Source: Planctomycetota bacterium
GTDB lineage: Bacteria; Planctomycetota; B15-G4
DNA: 64,000 nt
Reading direction: 5' to 3'
Assembly (NCBI GenBank): GCA_038212275.1
Contig: JBBQUR010000015.1
Coordinates: 58,828-122,827 of the forward strand
The notes below the pieces were generated by a model. It was not told the DNA's origin and made no database searches. It was given only the letters and a program-made list of their open reading frames with translations. The translations under genes were made by a program, and so were the position numbers. Within the stretch, counting starts at the first letter, position 1, and each line of letters opens with the position of its first letter. Of this stretch, positions 9,270-19,716 are shown in pieces.

Positions 9270-11692
9270 GCGTCATCCTTTCCGCGCCCGCCGATGAGCA
9301 GATGCAGCGTGGGAGCGAGGAGCAGGCACAGCGACACGCCGATCGCGGTCGTCGCGCCGATGCTGAACAGGGCGGGATTGTCCGAAAAGGCCAGCAGCCC
9401 GAAACCGAGAATCGTCGTGGCGCCGGCGAAGAACACGCCGAGGTGCGTCGCCTCCAGTTCGGCCGGGCGCGCGCCGGCCTCCGCGAGGAACACGCCGTAG
9501 TCGTCGCCCATGCTCACGATCATGAGCAGCGCGACGAGCGTGAGCACGTTGAGCTCGATGCCGAGCAGCCCGAACGCGCCCACCGTTCCGAAGGCCGCGA
9601 GCAGACCGGGCAGGCACGCGGACACCGTCGGCCGCACGGCCCGATGGCGCAGCGCCACCAGCGCGATGACCGCCAGCACGCCGACAAGCAGCAGCTCGAG
9701 CATGCGCGACCGATACGCGCCGTAGGCCCGCGCGAAGGTCGCGCCCATGTTCACGAGCCGCGCGCCGGGCACCACCGCGAGGCGCCGCTCGAGCGCCGGT
9801 GCGTCGTGCAGGTCCTGCAGGAAGCTCAGCACGCCCGTGCCGCCGTCGAGCGTGACGAAGAACGGACGCACGAGCGCGGCCAGCGGCGAGGCCTGGAGGT
9901 CGGCGGCGTTCAGCGGCTCGGGCGCGGAGCCGGCCAGCGCGTCGCGGAAGGGCTCGAAGGCTTCGGGGACGAAGCCCTCGGCGACGAGCGCGTCGCGCAC
10001 ACGCGGCCACAGCGTCGCGTCGGAGCGCACGGCGGCATCCACCGCGCGCTGGCGCGCCGCGCTCGGCAGCAGCTCCGCGATCTGCCGCGAGCCGCCCAGC
10101 TCGCCGGCGCGCTGGGCTTCCGCCAGCACGTCGGCAATGCGCTCATTGACTGCCAGCGCGGCTTCGGCGTCCGCGCCGACGGCGACGACCATGCGGCGCT
10201 GCTCGAAGCGCGCCACCTGCTCGCGGATGGCTGCGTCCTCGGCAACGAGCGCCGGGTCGAGGCGGTTCAGGTCCGCGAAGTCGTCGTACCAGCGCACGCG
10301 CGGCACGCCGGCCACGCCGATGGCCAGCACGAGCAGCGGCAGCGCGCACGCGAGCCGGCGCCGGCGATGAAGCGCCGCAGCGCCGCGACCGATGGCGGCC
10401 GCGACACGTCGGCTGGCCACGGTCGCCGGCGCGACCGCAGGGAGCAGCTCGGGCAGCAGCAGCGTCGTGCCGGCCAGCGCCGCCGCGATGCCGAAAGCGC
10501 CGAAGACGGCCAGCTCGCGCAACGCCGGAAACGACGAGGCCACGAGCGCGACAAAACCCACCACCGTCGTCGCCGCGCCGAGCGCGAGGCCCGGCCAGAT
10601 GCCTCGAAGCGTGGCGCGCGCGCCACGCGGATCCGGCGCGAGGGTGTGGTGACAGTAGAAGTGGATCGTGTAGTCCACGCTCACGCCGATGAGGCCCGAG
10701 CCGAACGCGAGCGTCAGCGCGTGCACCGAGCCGAACAGCGCCAGGCACGCGGCCGTGGCGACGACGAAGCCCGCACCCAGCACGAGCAGCGTCACCACGC
10801 CGAGCCGCAGCGAGCGGAACAACCACAGGAAAAGCGCCACCACCGCGATGACCGACCAGGTCGACACGCGCTGGATGTCGGCGCGGATGGATTGCTCCGA
10901 GCGCACGGCGAAGCGGTTGGCGCCGGTCTGCGAGAGCTGCAGCGCGCCGCCGTGCGCCGCGTTCACGCGCTCGAAGGCCGCTCGCACGCCGTCGAGGAAC
11001 GGCGCCTGACGCGCGTTGTCGAACGAGTCGGCGCGCGTCGCGAGGAACAGCACCGCATGGCGGCCATCGGCGGTGATGAAGCGGCCGGCGGCGAGCTGCA
11101 GGCCCTCGCCGCGCAGGGCCGCGAGGCGTTCGAACAGTCCCGGGATGACGAGCAGCGGATCGCCGGGCGCGACCCGCGTGAGCAGGCTCGACAGCGGCAG
11201 CGCGAGCCGGCGCTTGAGCCGCTGCGCCGCGTCGCGCAGCGCGTCGGGCGTGGTCGCCGCGGCCACGCCCGACGCGTCGTGCGCCAGGAAGGCGAGCCGG
11301 CGCGGCTCGTACAGCGACCACAACGCCTCCTCGATCCCCTGCGGCGGCCCGGCGTCGAGTGACGCCAGCTCCGCTTCGACCGCCGGCGTCGCGTGCAGCG
11401 CCGCCTCCAGCTCGCGGCTCGCGGCGACGGCGCCCGCCGTGTCGGGCGCGCCGACGAGCAGGATCATCGTGCGGCTCAGTTCGCTCGACACGAGCTGGCG
11501 CGAGAGCAGGAGGTCCGGGTCGGCCTCTCCTGCGGGCAGGAACTGCGCAATGTCCGTCGTGACGTGCAGCCGCGCGACGACGAAGGCCGCGAGCGCGAGG
11601 ATCACGACCGCGCTCAGGCCCAGCGTGAGCGTGCGACGCGCGCGACCGTCGCGCTCGTCGCGCCCGCCAGTGCGCGGCGCGTCGGCGGTCAA
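9266..11692 (-). CDS. MMPL/RND-family exporter
   Basis: Two TM bundles with GVSVDYTIH and MGDDYGVF motifs; 808 aa. Confidence 0.85.
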   Translation of the reverse strand: MTADAPRTGGRDERDGRARRTLTLGLSAVVILALAAFVVARLHVTTDIAQFLPAGEADPDLLLSRQLVSSELSRTMILLVGAPDTAGAVAASRELEAALHATPAVEAELASLDAGPPQGIEEALWSLYEPRRLAFLAHDASGVAAATTPDALRDAAQRLKRRLALPLSSLLTRVAPGDPLLVIPGLFERLAALRGEGLQLAAGRFITADGRHAVLFLATRADSFDNARQAPFLDGVRAAFERVNAAHGGALQLSQTGANRFAVRSEQSIRADIQRVSTWSVIAVVALFLWLFRSLRLGVVTLLVLGAGFVVATAACLALFGSVHALTLAFGSGLIGVSVDYTIHFYCHHTLAPDPRGARATLRGIWPGLALGAATTVVGFVALVASSFPALRELAVFGAFGIAAALAGTTLLLPELLPAVAPATVASRRVAAAIGRGAAALHRRRRLACALPLLVLAIGVAGVPRVRWYDDFADLNRLDPALVAEDAAIREQVARFEQRRMVVAVGADAEAALAVNERIADVLAEAQRAGELGGSRQIAELLPSAARQRAVDAAVRSDATLWPRVRDALVAEGFVPEAFEPFRDALAGSAPEPLNAADLQASPLAALVRPFFVTLDGGTGVLSFLQDLHDAPALERRLAVVPGARLVNMGATFARAYGAYRSRMLELLLVGVLAVIALVALRHRAVRPTVSACLPGLLAAFGTVGAFGLLGIELNVLTLVALLMIVSMGDDYGVFLAEAGARPAELEATHLGVFFAGATTILGFGLLAFSDNPALFSIGATTAIGVSLCLLLAPTLHLLIGGRGKDDA

Positions 11693-12465
11693 GGCGCCTT
11701 CCAGCCGAACAGGCGCAGCTTTTCCTCGTCGCTGAACGTGCGCGCCACATCAGCCTGCAGGATGTGCGTCACCGTGCGGTCGCCGTTGGGCTCGCGCACC
11801 TCGATGCGCGTGACGGGCACGCCCTCGCCGTGCAGGCTCAGTTGCGCCATGAGCTTGTCCAGGGGCGCGCCGCGCGGGACGAGCGTGAGCGTCCAGCCCG
11901 TGGCGTCATCGGGCGACGTCTCGAACGAGACCTCGAACGACGCCTTGAGCGCAGCTTCGTCGCCCAGAAACACCTGCACGAGCGACGTGATGAACAGGCG
12001 CACGTTGTCGCTCTGCCGCAGGTCGATGCGCTCGACGCCGTCGCGGCCCGAGAGCTGCAGCTCCGTGGGCGAGATGCGCAGCGTGGATTCCTCCGGCGCC
12101 TCGACGAGGCGCGCCAGATATCCGGGCCGCATGAAGTACAGCCGCCCGCGGCTCTTCAGCGGCGCGGCCAGCAGAGCGAGGTGCTTCTCCTCTTCATATG
12201 CCGCCTCCAGCCCGCCCATCGTCGCGAAGCGCGCGAGCAGCTCGGAGGCATCGCGGGGGCGCCCCGCCGGTGCACCGACGGCCGGTGCGGCCTGTGCGGC
12301 CTGTGCGGCCTGTGCGGCCGGTGCGGCCTGTGCGGCCTGTCCCGCCGGTGCGGCCTGTCCTGCCGGCCCGTCCTGCACGTGCGGCGCCGCCGGTGCGGCG
12401 AACAGCGCGCACAGCGCGAGGACTGTCGCGACCTCAGCGGGCGGGAAGGCGTTCCAGGATCGCAT
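11689..12465 (-). CDS. LolA-like outer-membrane lipoprotein carrier
   Basis: YEEEKHLALLAAPLKSRGRLYF...WTLTLVP...EPNGDRT; AAQ low-complexity linker. Confidence 0.8.
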   Translation of the reverse strand: MRSWNAFPPAEVATVLALCALFAAPAAPHVQDGPAGQAAPAGQAAQAAPAAQAAQAAQAAPAVGAPAGRPRDASELLARFATMGGLEAAYEEEKHLALLAAPLKSRGRLYFMRPGYLARLVEAPEESTLRISPTELQLSGRDGVERIDLRQSDNVRLFITSLVQVFLGDEAALKASFEVSFETSPDDATGWTLTLVPRGAPLDKLMAQLSLHGEGVPVTRIEVREPNGDRTVTHILQADVARTFSDEEKLRLFGWKAP

Positions 12466-12856
12466 CGGGAGTTCTCGGGAGGAGTCGGCCGTCGGCATCG
12501 GTCGTCGCGAGCTCGGTGACGGCGCGCGCGCACCACGTGCCGCCGCCGGACAGGCGCACATCGTAGGCCACGCGCAGCAGCGGCGACACCGCACTGAACC
12601 ACGCGGTGACCGCCGCGATGTCGCCGTACCGCAGTGGCGCCATGTAGCGGCAGCTCGCCTCGGTCACGACCATGCGGAATCCCAGCGCGGCGATATCCGG
12701 CACGTCGAGCCGGAAGCCGGCCAGCAGCGCGCAGCGCGCCACCTCCAGCAGCTCGAAGGTGCGGCCGTGCCACACCACGCCGAGCGGATCGCACTGGTGG
12801 AAGGCGACGCGGATCTCGGTCGTGACCGCATGCGCGGGTCGCTGGATGCCGCTCAC
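12434..12856 (-). CDS. 4HBT-family acyl-CoA/ACP thioesterase
   Basis: CDPLGVVWHG...EVAR, YMAPLRYGD; GTG start overlaps the upstream stop. Confidence 0.85.
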   Translation of the reverse strand: MSGIQRPAHAVTTEIRVAFHQCDPLGVVWHGRTFELLEVARCALLAGFRLDVPDIAALGFRMVVTEASCRYMAPLRYGDIAAVTAWFSAVSPLLRVAYDVRLSGGGTWCARAVTELATTDADGRLLPRTPDAILERLPAR

Positions 12857-13746
12857 GGAGAACTCCAGAAGTCGTGGAAGTTGAACCAATTGTCGGGCGC
12901 GAGGCGGGCGCAGGCCTCCAGGCGCTCCGCGTAGCGTCGCACCTGCTGCTCGAGCGCGGCAGCCCGGTTTCCGCGCGGCAGCTCGATCCGCTCCGCGAAC
13001 GGCTCGCAGTGCAGCTCGTAGCGGTCGGGCGCCTGATACAGGCCGAACACCAGATAGACCGGGCAGCGCAGCAGCGACGCGAGCAGGAAGGGGCCGGCCG
13101 GAAACGATGCGGGCTGTCCGAAGAACGGCACGCGGACCGTGCGGTCGTTCAGACCCGTGCGGTCGCCGAGGAGAGCGACGAACTCGCCCGCCTCCAGCCG
13201 CCCACGCACGGACGCCATGACGCTCACCGGGTCGTCGCCCAGATGGATCACGCGCGCCGCGAGGTCCGGGTTCATGCGCTCGAGGAAGGCGTTGATCATG
13301 CGCGCGTTCGCGAAGTGGCCCAGCACATTGATCGGCACGCCCTTGGCCGCACCGCTCGCGCGCATCGCCTCGAAGCTGCCGAGGTGCGCACCGAGGAGGA
13401 TGGCGCCCCGGCCCGTCGCCCGCTGCCGGACCAGATGCTCGTTGCCGGTGCTGGAGACCGTGAGCCCCGCGGTGCGCCCCTGCAGGAAGAAGCAGCGGTC
13501 GAGCGTGACCTGCGCGAAGCAGCGGATGTGGCCGTACGTCGCGCGGAAGCCTGCCGGCCGGCCGTGCACGCGCGTCAGCCAGTCGCGCGACGCGGCCACG
13601 GAGCTGCGATCGAAGAGCCGGTACCACAGCGCGAGCACCGCGATGAAGGGTTTCATCGGTCGGCGCCCGAAGCGCGTGGCCAGCAGGATTGCGAAGCGCA
13701 TGCCCGCCAGCGAGCCGCGCTCGCGCCGGTTGAGCCACGTCGTCAC
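12853..13746 (-). CDS. LpxL/LpxP-like acyltransferase
   Basis: AHLGSFE, LLGDR, VPFFG, PDNWFNFHDFW. Confidence 0.85.
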   Translation of the reverse strand: MTTWLNRRERGSLAGMRFAILLATRFGRRPMKPFIAVLALWYRLFDRSSVAASRDWLTRVHGRPAGFRATYGHIRCFAQVTLDRCFFLQGRTAGLTVSSTGNEHLVRQRATGRGAILLGAHLGSFEAMRASGAAKGVPINVLGHFANARMINAFLERMNPDLAARVIHLGDDPVSVMASVRGRLEAGEFVALLGDRTGLNDRTVRVPFFGQPASFPAGPFLLASLLRCPVYLVFGLYQAPDRYELHCEPFAERIELPRGNRAAALEQQVRRYAERLEACARLAPDNWFNFHDFWSSP

Positions 13747-14489
13747 GGCCGGATCCCGCGCGCCGTGTGCACCAGCCAGCGCCACGCGCCGGACGTGCAC
13801 AGCCGCGCGTGCATCGGGAAGAAACTCAGGTTGTCGCGCACCGGGCGGAAATGCGAGACGCCGCCCTCCGCCGCGCCCGGATACCGCACCGCCACCGGCA
13901 GATTGATCACGGGCGTGCCGGCGCGCACCAGACGCACCACGACTTCGATGTCGAAGTCCATGCGGTCGCCGCGCACCCCCGCCGCGAGCGCGGCCGCCAC
14001 GGGATACAGCCGGAAGCCCACCATCGCATCGGCGACGAGATCGCGGCGGCCCAGTTCCAGCGCCACCCAGAAGGCCATGAAGCGCCGCGCGGAGACGCGC
14101 ATCGGCGGCGCGCTCGCGTCGTACACCGGAGCACTGAGCACCAGCGCTTCCGGCTGGCGCGCGCCGGCCTCCAGGAAGGCCGGGATGCGCGCGGTGTCGT
14201 GCTGGCCGTCGGCGTCCACCTGCATGGCGTGCGTGAAGCCGCGCGCGGCGGCCTCGCGCAGTCCGTCCTTCACGGCAGCGCCCTTGCCGCCGTTGCGTTC
14301 GCGGCGCAGCACGGTGGCCAGCCCTTCCGCGGCGAGAGCCGCGCAGGCGGTGCGCCCGGCGAGGCCGCTGCCGTCGTCGACGACGAGCACGTCCGGCAGA
14401 TGCGCGCGCACGGCCTCCACCACCGCGCGCACCGTCAGCGGGTTGTCGTACGCGGGGATCACGGCGCACGCGCGGAAGGTGTCACTCAT
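13743..14489 (-). CDS. Glycosyltransferase family 2
   Basis: IPAYDN, VVDDGS, GKGAA, DADGQH, SHFRPVRDN. Confidence 0.9.
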   Translation of the reverse strand: MSDTFRACAVIPAYDNPLTVRAVVEAVRAHLPDVLVVDDGSGLAGRTACAALAAEGLATVLRRERNGGKGAAVKDGLREAAARGFTHAMQVDADGQHDTARIPAFLEAGARQPEALVLSAPVYDASAPPMRVSARRFMAFWVALELGRRDLVADAMVGFRLYPVAAALAAGVRGDRMDFDIEVVVRLVRAGTPVINLPVAVRYPGAAEGGVSHFRPVRDNLSFFPMHARLCTSGAWRWLVHTARGIRP

Positions 14490-15001
14490 GAGCGGTCCGC
14501 GCCGGCATTCGCGCCGGAATCGTCCCCCGCCTTGCCGGCCTGGCTCGCGCCAGTGGCGGCGCCGTAGTCGAGGCGGCCGAGCGAGCATCGGGTGCCGTCG
14601 CGCACGATTTCGAAGTCGACGATCTGGCTGCCGGGCCGCCAGCGCAGGCGCACGTCGAGCGTGTCACCCGGTTCGATGCGCAGCAGGAACTTCAGGCCGG
14701 CGAGGCGCGTGGGCGCACCCGAGGCCGCGCGCACGCGGGCCACGCACGGCAACACGAGGTCCTGGAGCTGCACGGCCGCGGACAGCACCGGCGTGCCGGG
14801 AAAGTGTCCGCGGAAACAGGCCCAGTCGCGCGGGATGCTCGTGCGAAACGCCGCCGTGCGCGCACCGTCGGCAGCGCAGCTCGCGTGGACGGCGCTGCCT
14901 GCGTCACGCACCTCCCACGCCAGCGCAGACTGCGCGTCGCCTGGCTGTGCGATGCCGGGCTGCGAGTTGCCGGGCTGGGGCTCGTCGGCGCGCGCGTCCA
15001 C
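14486..15001 (-). CDS. ApeI/FabA-like 3-hydroxyacyl-ACP dehydratase
   Basis: FRGHFPGTPVLS, LKFLLRIEPG. Confidence 0.75.
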   Translation of the reverse strand: MDARADEPQPGNSQPGIAQPGDAQSALAWEVRDAGSAVHASCAADGARTAAFRTSIPRDWACFRGHFPGTPVLSAAVQLQDLVLPCVARVRAASGAPTRLAGLKFLLRIEPGDTLDVRLRWRPGSQIVDFEIVRDGTRCSLGRLDYGAATGASQAGKAGDDSGANAGADRS

Positions 15002-15002
15002 C

Positions 15003-15617
15003 TCAGGGCGTCCGGGCTGCGCGGCGCGACCGGCCGAAGCGTCGCCGGCGGCCGAGCCACTCGGCGGTGAAGAGCAGGCCCATGAGCACGTAAGCGAGCA
15101 GTCCGGTGTAGAGCGTCCACCACGAGAGCGACGCGGCCAGCGCGAGCACGAGCGCGGTGGCGCCGTTGAGCAGGAAGAAGGCGCACCACACCACGGTCCA
15201 CGCGCGGCACCAGCGCATCTTGGGCGGCGACAGGCCTGGATCGGCGAGGCGCGCGAAGCGCTCGATCATCGGCACGCTGCCGCGCCGCAGCGTGCTGCCG
15301 AACGTGGCCAGCAGCAGCACGTTGACCGCGACGGGGACGACGAGCAGCAACCCGCGTGCGTCCAGCACGGCGCCGAGCACGAGCGCCGCGACCGTGACCA
15401 GCGGGATGAGCGCCAGCCCGCGCAGTGCGCCGGCGCCGCCGTGCTGCATGCGCACGGCCGCCACCGGCAGCAGCACGCACAGCAGACCCAGCGCCACGGT
15501 GCGCGAGCTCCAGCGCGTCATGCCGAGATACACGAGCATCGGGTACGCGATCATGAGCACGCCAGCCAGCACGTTCCACGCCACGGCCGGCCCGCGGCGC
15601 GGCGGCGGCGGCGGCAC
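15003..15617 (-). CDS. COG4648-like membrane protein of aryl-polyene clusters
   Basis: YPMLVY, FGSTL..PMIERFAR, WWTLYTGLLAY. Confidence 0.75.
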   Translation of the reverse strand: MPPPPPRRGPAVAWNVLAGVLMIAYPMLVYLGMTRWSSRTVALGLLCVLLPVAAVRMQHGGAGALRGLALIPLVTVAALVLGAVLDARGLLLVVPVAVNVLLLATFGSTLRRGSVPMIERFARLADPGLSPPKMRWCRAWTVVWCAFFLLNGATALVLALAASLSWWTLYTGLLAYVLMGLLFTAEWLGRRRRFGRSRRAARTP

Positions 15618-15630
15618 GGCCGATCCGGCG

Positions 15631-15918
15631 TCAGGCGCCAGGAGCTTCTGCCTTGGGCTTGGCCTGTTCGACCTGGATGAACTCGGCCAGCGACTTCACG
15701 GAGTGATAGTGCGCGCGGTTGTCCGGGTCGTCCTCGCGGGTGCGCACGCCAAACTCGGCATGGATCGCGAGCGCCAGCTCGAGGGCGTCGATCGAGTCGA
15801 GCCCGAGCCCATCGCCGAACAGCGGCGCGTCGGTCTCGATGGTCTTCGGATCCACGTCCTCGAGCGCCAGCGTCTCGACAATGAGCATCTTGATCCGGTC
15901 CTCGAGCTGCTCGGTCAT
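15631..15918 (-). CDS. Acyl carrier protein
   Basis: PLFGDGLGLDSIDALEL phosphopantetheine site. Confidence 0.92.
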   Translation of the reverse strand: MTEQLEDRIKMLIVETLALEDVDPKTIETDAPLFGDGLGLDSIDALELALAIHAEFGVRTREDDPDNRAHYHSVKSLAEFIQVEQAKPKAEAPGA

Positions 15919-16790
15919 TGCGGGTCCTTGTCGGCCACGGCATGCCGGGGCACTGATTCGGGGCAGTCGGGCGCACCATCCATCCAGCGCCCGAAGCGGG
16001 CTTCCACGCACTTCCGCAGTGCCCTGCTGTCGAAGTTTACGCCCGCCGGTTCATCGGTCGCAAGCAGGTGGAGGCGGACGCGCGGCGTGGGTTGCGGCGG
16101 ATCGAAGAGCCTGCGCTCCTTGGTCAGCCAGGGCGGGTCGCAGCGCACGCCGATCGACACGACCGGCACGCGCGCGCGGCACGCGATCTCGAACGCCGTG
16201 CGCCCGAACGGCAGCAGCCCGGACGGCGGCGAGCGCGTGCCCTCGGGAAAGATGATCACCGGCAGACCGTGCCGCAGCCGCTCCACCGCGGCGTTCACGA
16301 CGCGGCCGGTGTCGAGCGGATCGGCGCCGCTACCCTCGATATGCCACGCCCCCAGCATGATCGCGCGCAGCAGGCGGAGCCGGTACAGTTCGGGCTTCAC
16401 GACCGTGCAGCCGCCGCCGAGCGCCGCCGTGATGCTCGAGATGTCCACGCGCGTCGGGTGGTTGGCCACCACGACGCACGGGCCGGCCGGGATCGCCGGC
16501 AGCGCCCCCCGGGCGTCAAAGTCCAGAATGCCCAGCACACGCAGCACGTCGTGCATGAAGCGGAATCCGCGCCCGGTGGCGCGCTGGACGCGCCGCGCGC
16601 GGCGCACCGGGTCCCGCGGCCCGAGTGCGGACAGCAGCCAGAAGGAGCCGACGGCCAGCGGCGCGGCAAGCGACCAGACCGCGAACGTCAGCGTGATCCG
16701 GAGCAGGCGCGCCCGGCGCCGCGCGATGTCGCCGAAACGGGGAGCCGGCTCCGTGTCCGTCGTGCCGGTCGTGCGCAGGTGAGTGATGAC
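15915..16790 (-). CDS. Lysophospholipid (PlsC-like) acyltransferase; start uncertain
   Basis: NHPTRVD and FPEGTRS motifs. Confidence 0.85.
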   Translation of the reverse strand, partial: VITHLRTTGTTDTEPAPRFGDIARRRARLLRITLTFAVWSLAAPLAVGSFWLLSALGPRDPVRRARRVQRATGRGFRFMHDVLRVLGILDFDARGALPAIPAGPCVVVANHPTRVDISSITAALGGGCTVVKPELYRLRLLRAIMLGAWHIEGSGADPLDTGRVVNAAVERLRHGLPVIIFPEGTRSPPSGLLPFGRTAFEIACRARVPVVSIGVRCDPPWLTKERRLFDPPQPTPRVRLHLLATDEPAGVNFDSRALRKCVEARFGRWMDGAPDCPESVPRHAVADKDPQ

Positions 16791-16891
16791 TGGCCTCGTG
16801 GAAGTCGCGGCAGAGGGATTCGGCGCACGCCGCAGGATTATAGTGGAGCCGCTTCGGTGGCCCACGGGCCACGCGCCCCCGGGAGACGGAC

Positions 16892-18670
16892 ATGCACGCG
16901 GATCTGCCGGCCCCCTTGCGCGATGCGTCGCACGACGCGGCGAGCGACGTGGTCATCTGCGGCGGCGGCCTCGCCGGCCTGCTGCTCGGCCGGCACCTGC
17001 GGCGCGACTTCCCGCAGCTTTCCGTCACCATCCTGGAGCGCACGCGGCGCCCGCTTCCCGACGCGAGCCACAAGGTCGGCGAGTCCTCCGTGGAGCTGGG
17101 CTCGCAGTACCTCGAGCGTCTCGGGCTGCGCGAGTACCTGCTCGAGCGCCACCTGGTGAAGTTCGGGCTGCGCTTCTTCCCGGGCGGCGGGCACCTGCCG
17201 CTCGCGCAGCGCTGCGAAATCGGCCCGTTCGCCGAGCCCATCGTGCGCTCGTACCAGCTCGACCGCGGGCGGCTCGAGGACGACCTGCGCGGCTTCGTCG
17301 AGGCCGACGGCGTCACGCTGATCGAGGGCGCGCGCGTGCAGGAGATCACGCTGGGCAGCGGCGGCGCGCGGCACCTGGTGCGCTTTGAGATCGACGACGC
17401 GGCGCGCACGCTCTCCGCGCGCTGGGTCGTGGACGCCGCCGGGCGCAGCGCGCTCCTGCGCCGGCAGCTCAAGCTCACGCGCAGCTCGCCGCACGCCGCG
17501 AGCGCGGCCTGGTTCCGCGTGCGCGGCCGGCTCGACATCAACTCGCTCGTGCCGGCGAGCGAGACCGCGTGGCACGCCCGCCCCTTCGCCGCCGACCGCT
17601 GGCGCTCGACCAACCACCTCATGGGCCGCGGCTACTGGGCCTGGATCATCCCGCTGTCGACGGGGAACACGAGCATCGGCATCGTCACGCACGACTCGGT
17701 GCACGACTTCCACGAGATCTCGGCGCTCGATCGCGCGCGCGACTTCCTCGCGCGCCACGAGCCGGTGCTCGCCGACGCACTCGCCGGCGCGGACGTCATG
17801 GACTTCCTCTGCCTCAAGGGCTACAGCAACTCGATCTCGCGCTGCTGGTCTCCGGACCGCTGGGCGATCGTCGGCGAGGCGGGCGCGTTCGTCGACCCGC
17901 TCTACAGCCCGGGCACGGACTTCATCGCCTTCGCCAACTGCTTCACCGCCGAGATGATCCGCGTGGACCTCGCGGGCGGCGACCTGGCCGCCAAGGCGAC
18001 GCAGCTCAACACGCAGTACCGCGCGAGCGTCGGCGGCACGATCGACCTGTTCCGCCAGGCCGCGCCGGTCTACGCCCACGCCCGGGCGATGGCCGCGAAG
18101 ATCTACTGGGACAACTTCGTGTACTGGGGCTTTTCCTGCCAGTACTTCCAGCAGGACGTCTACCGCCTCGACGCGGCGGGGCACGCTCCGTTCGCGGAGG
18201 TCGGCAGCCGCTTCCTCGAATGGACCAATCGCATCCAGGCGCTGCTGACCGGCTGGGCCGAGCTGCAGCCGCTCGCGCCCGAGCCGATCTTCCGACCGAT
18301 GCCCGCCTTCCCGTCGATGCTCGTGGACGCGCACATCGCGGTGGCGCGCCGCATGTCGCACGCCGAGGCGCTGACCTACGTCCGCGCGCGCGTCGACGAG
18401 GGCGTCGAGATGGCGGGCGAGCTGCTGCTGCGTGTGGTGCAGGAACTCGGCCCCGAGCTGGGCCGCGAATTGAACGAGCGCATCCACTTTGACGCATGGC
18501 CGCTCGAACTGACGCGCAGGCGGCTCGAGGCCGAGGCGCTCGACAGCCGCACGCGCCGCCGGAGCCTGTCGGCCGTCGGGCGCGACGTCGCTCGCTGCCT
18601 CGGCGTCGTCCACCGCCACGCGGACGCGGAAGCAGCGCGCGACCTTCTCGCCGCGCGGCTGCCGGCTTGA
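16892..18670 (+). CDS. Flavin-dependent halogenase-like protein
   Basis: GGGLAG, KVGES, candidate catalytic Lys in HLVKFGLRF, WAWIIP, FVDPLYSPG. Confidence 0.8.
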   Translation: MHADLPAPLRDASHDAASDVVICGGGLAGLLLGRHLRRDFPQLSVTILERTRRPLPDASHKVGESSVELGSQYLERLGLREYLLERHLVKFGLRFFPGGGHLPLAQRCEIGPFAEPIVRSYQLDRGRLEDDLRGFVEADGVTLIEGARVQEITLGSGGARHLVRFEIDDAARTLSARWVVDAAGRSALLRRQLKLTRSSPHAASAAWFRVRGRLDINSLVPASETAWHARPFAADRWRSTNHLMGRGYWAWIIPLSTGNTSIGIVTHDSVHDFHEISALDRARDFLARHEPVLADALAGADVMDFLCLKGYSNSISRCWSPDRWAIVGEAGAFVDPLYSPGTDFIAFANCFTAEMIRVDLAGGDLAAKATQLNTQYRASVGGTIDLFRQAAPVYAHARAMAAKIYWDNFVYWGFSCQYFQQDVYRLDAAGHAPFAEVGSRFLEWTNRIQALLTGWAELQPLAPEPIFRPMPAFPSMLVDAHIAVARRMSHAEALTYVRARVDEGVEMAGELLLRVVQELGPELGRELNERIHFDAWPLELTRRRLEAEALDSRTRRRSLSAVGRDVARCLGVVHRHADAEAARDLLAARLPA

Positions 18671-19716
18671 GCGGCGCGCCACTCGACAACGCCGCGGCCG
18701 ACACTGACTCGGCTGGCCGGCTGCTCGAGATCCTGGCCGGCAAGTGCCGCGCCCAGGCGGTGTCCACGGCGGCCGCGCTCGGTCTCGCGGACCGCCTCGC
18801 TGCCGGCCCGCGCACGGCCACCGCGCTGGCCGCCGAACTGGATTGCGACGCCGTGGCGCTTGGCCGCCTGCTTGCGGTGCTCGCCGACCTCGGCGTGTGC
18901 GAGGAATCGCCGGCCAGCGGCTTCACGCTCACGCCGCTCGGGCAGCAGCTCCGCGGCGACGCGCTCGGGCCGTTGGCCGCCTTCCTCGGCGCGCCGGAGC
19001 AATGGGACCCCTGGTCGCGACTGCGCGACGCGCTGCGCACCGGCGGCGGCATCGCCTTCGAGCGCACCTTCGGCAAGCCGCTCTACGCCTTCCTCGCAGC
19101 CGACGACGACGCCGCACGACGCTACGACGCGGCGATCGACGCCTTCACGCGACACGAGATGGCCGCCCTTCGCCCTCACATCGACCTCGCCGGCCTCGGC
19201 ACCCTGGTGGACGTCGGCGGCGGCCGCGGCACGCTGCTCTGCGCGCTGCTCGATCAGTGGCCGGGCCTGCGCGGCGTGCTCTTCGACCTGCCTCACGTCA
19301 TCGCGCGCAGCGGCCCGCACTGCGCCTCCCGCCACGGCCCGCGCATCGACGCCGTCGCCGGCAGCTTTCTGGAGCGCGTGCCGGCCGGCGGCGACGCCTA
19401 CCTCCTGCAGCGCGTGCTGCACAACTGGGACGACGACGACGCACGCACCATCCTGCAGCACTGCGCCGCGGCGCTGGCCCCCGGCGGTCGCGTGCTCGTC
19501 ATCGAGGGCCTGCTCGCACCGGGCGCCGCCGTCTCAGCCACGCGCTGCCTCGATCTCGACATGCTCGTGCTCACCAACGGGCGCCAGCGTCGCAAGCCCG
19601 AGTTCCGGCGCCTGTTCCGCGAGGCCGGCCTCACGCTCGAGCGCACCGTCCGACTCACCAGCTCGAGCTACCTGCTGGTCGGCTCGCCGCGCGCCGGTGG
19701 ATCGCGCGCGGGCTGA
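18667..19716 (+). CDS. SAM-dependent O-methyltransferase (COMT-like)
   Basis: LVDVGGGRG, FDLPHV, VLHNWDD; TTG start overlaps the halogenase stop. Confidence 0.88.
   Translation: MSGAPLDNAAADTDSAGRLLEILAGKCRAQAVSTAAALGLADRLAAGPRTATALAAELDCDAVALGRLLAVLADLGVCEESPASGFTLTPLGQQLRGDALGPLAAFLGAPEQWDPWSRLRDALRTGGGIAFERTFGKPLYAFLAADDDAARRYDAAIDAFTRHEMAALRPHIDLAGLGTLVDVGGGRGTLLCALLDQWPGLRGVLFDLPHVIARSGPHCASRHGPRIDAVAGSFLERVPAGGDAYLLQRVLHNWDDDDARTILQHCAAALAPGGRVLVIEGLLAPGAAVSATRCLDLDMLVLTNGRQRRKPEFRRLFREAGLTLERTVRLTSSSYLLVGSPRAGGSRAG

Noticed and set aside
12280..12365. Short tandem repeats in LolA (AAQ), KS (PPTR, about 22200-22250), esterase (PA, about 31000-31040) and the 27057-27102 12-mer
   Set aside because: In-frame low-complexity linkers from slippage; no sign of a separate system.
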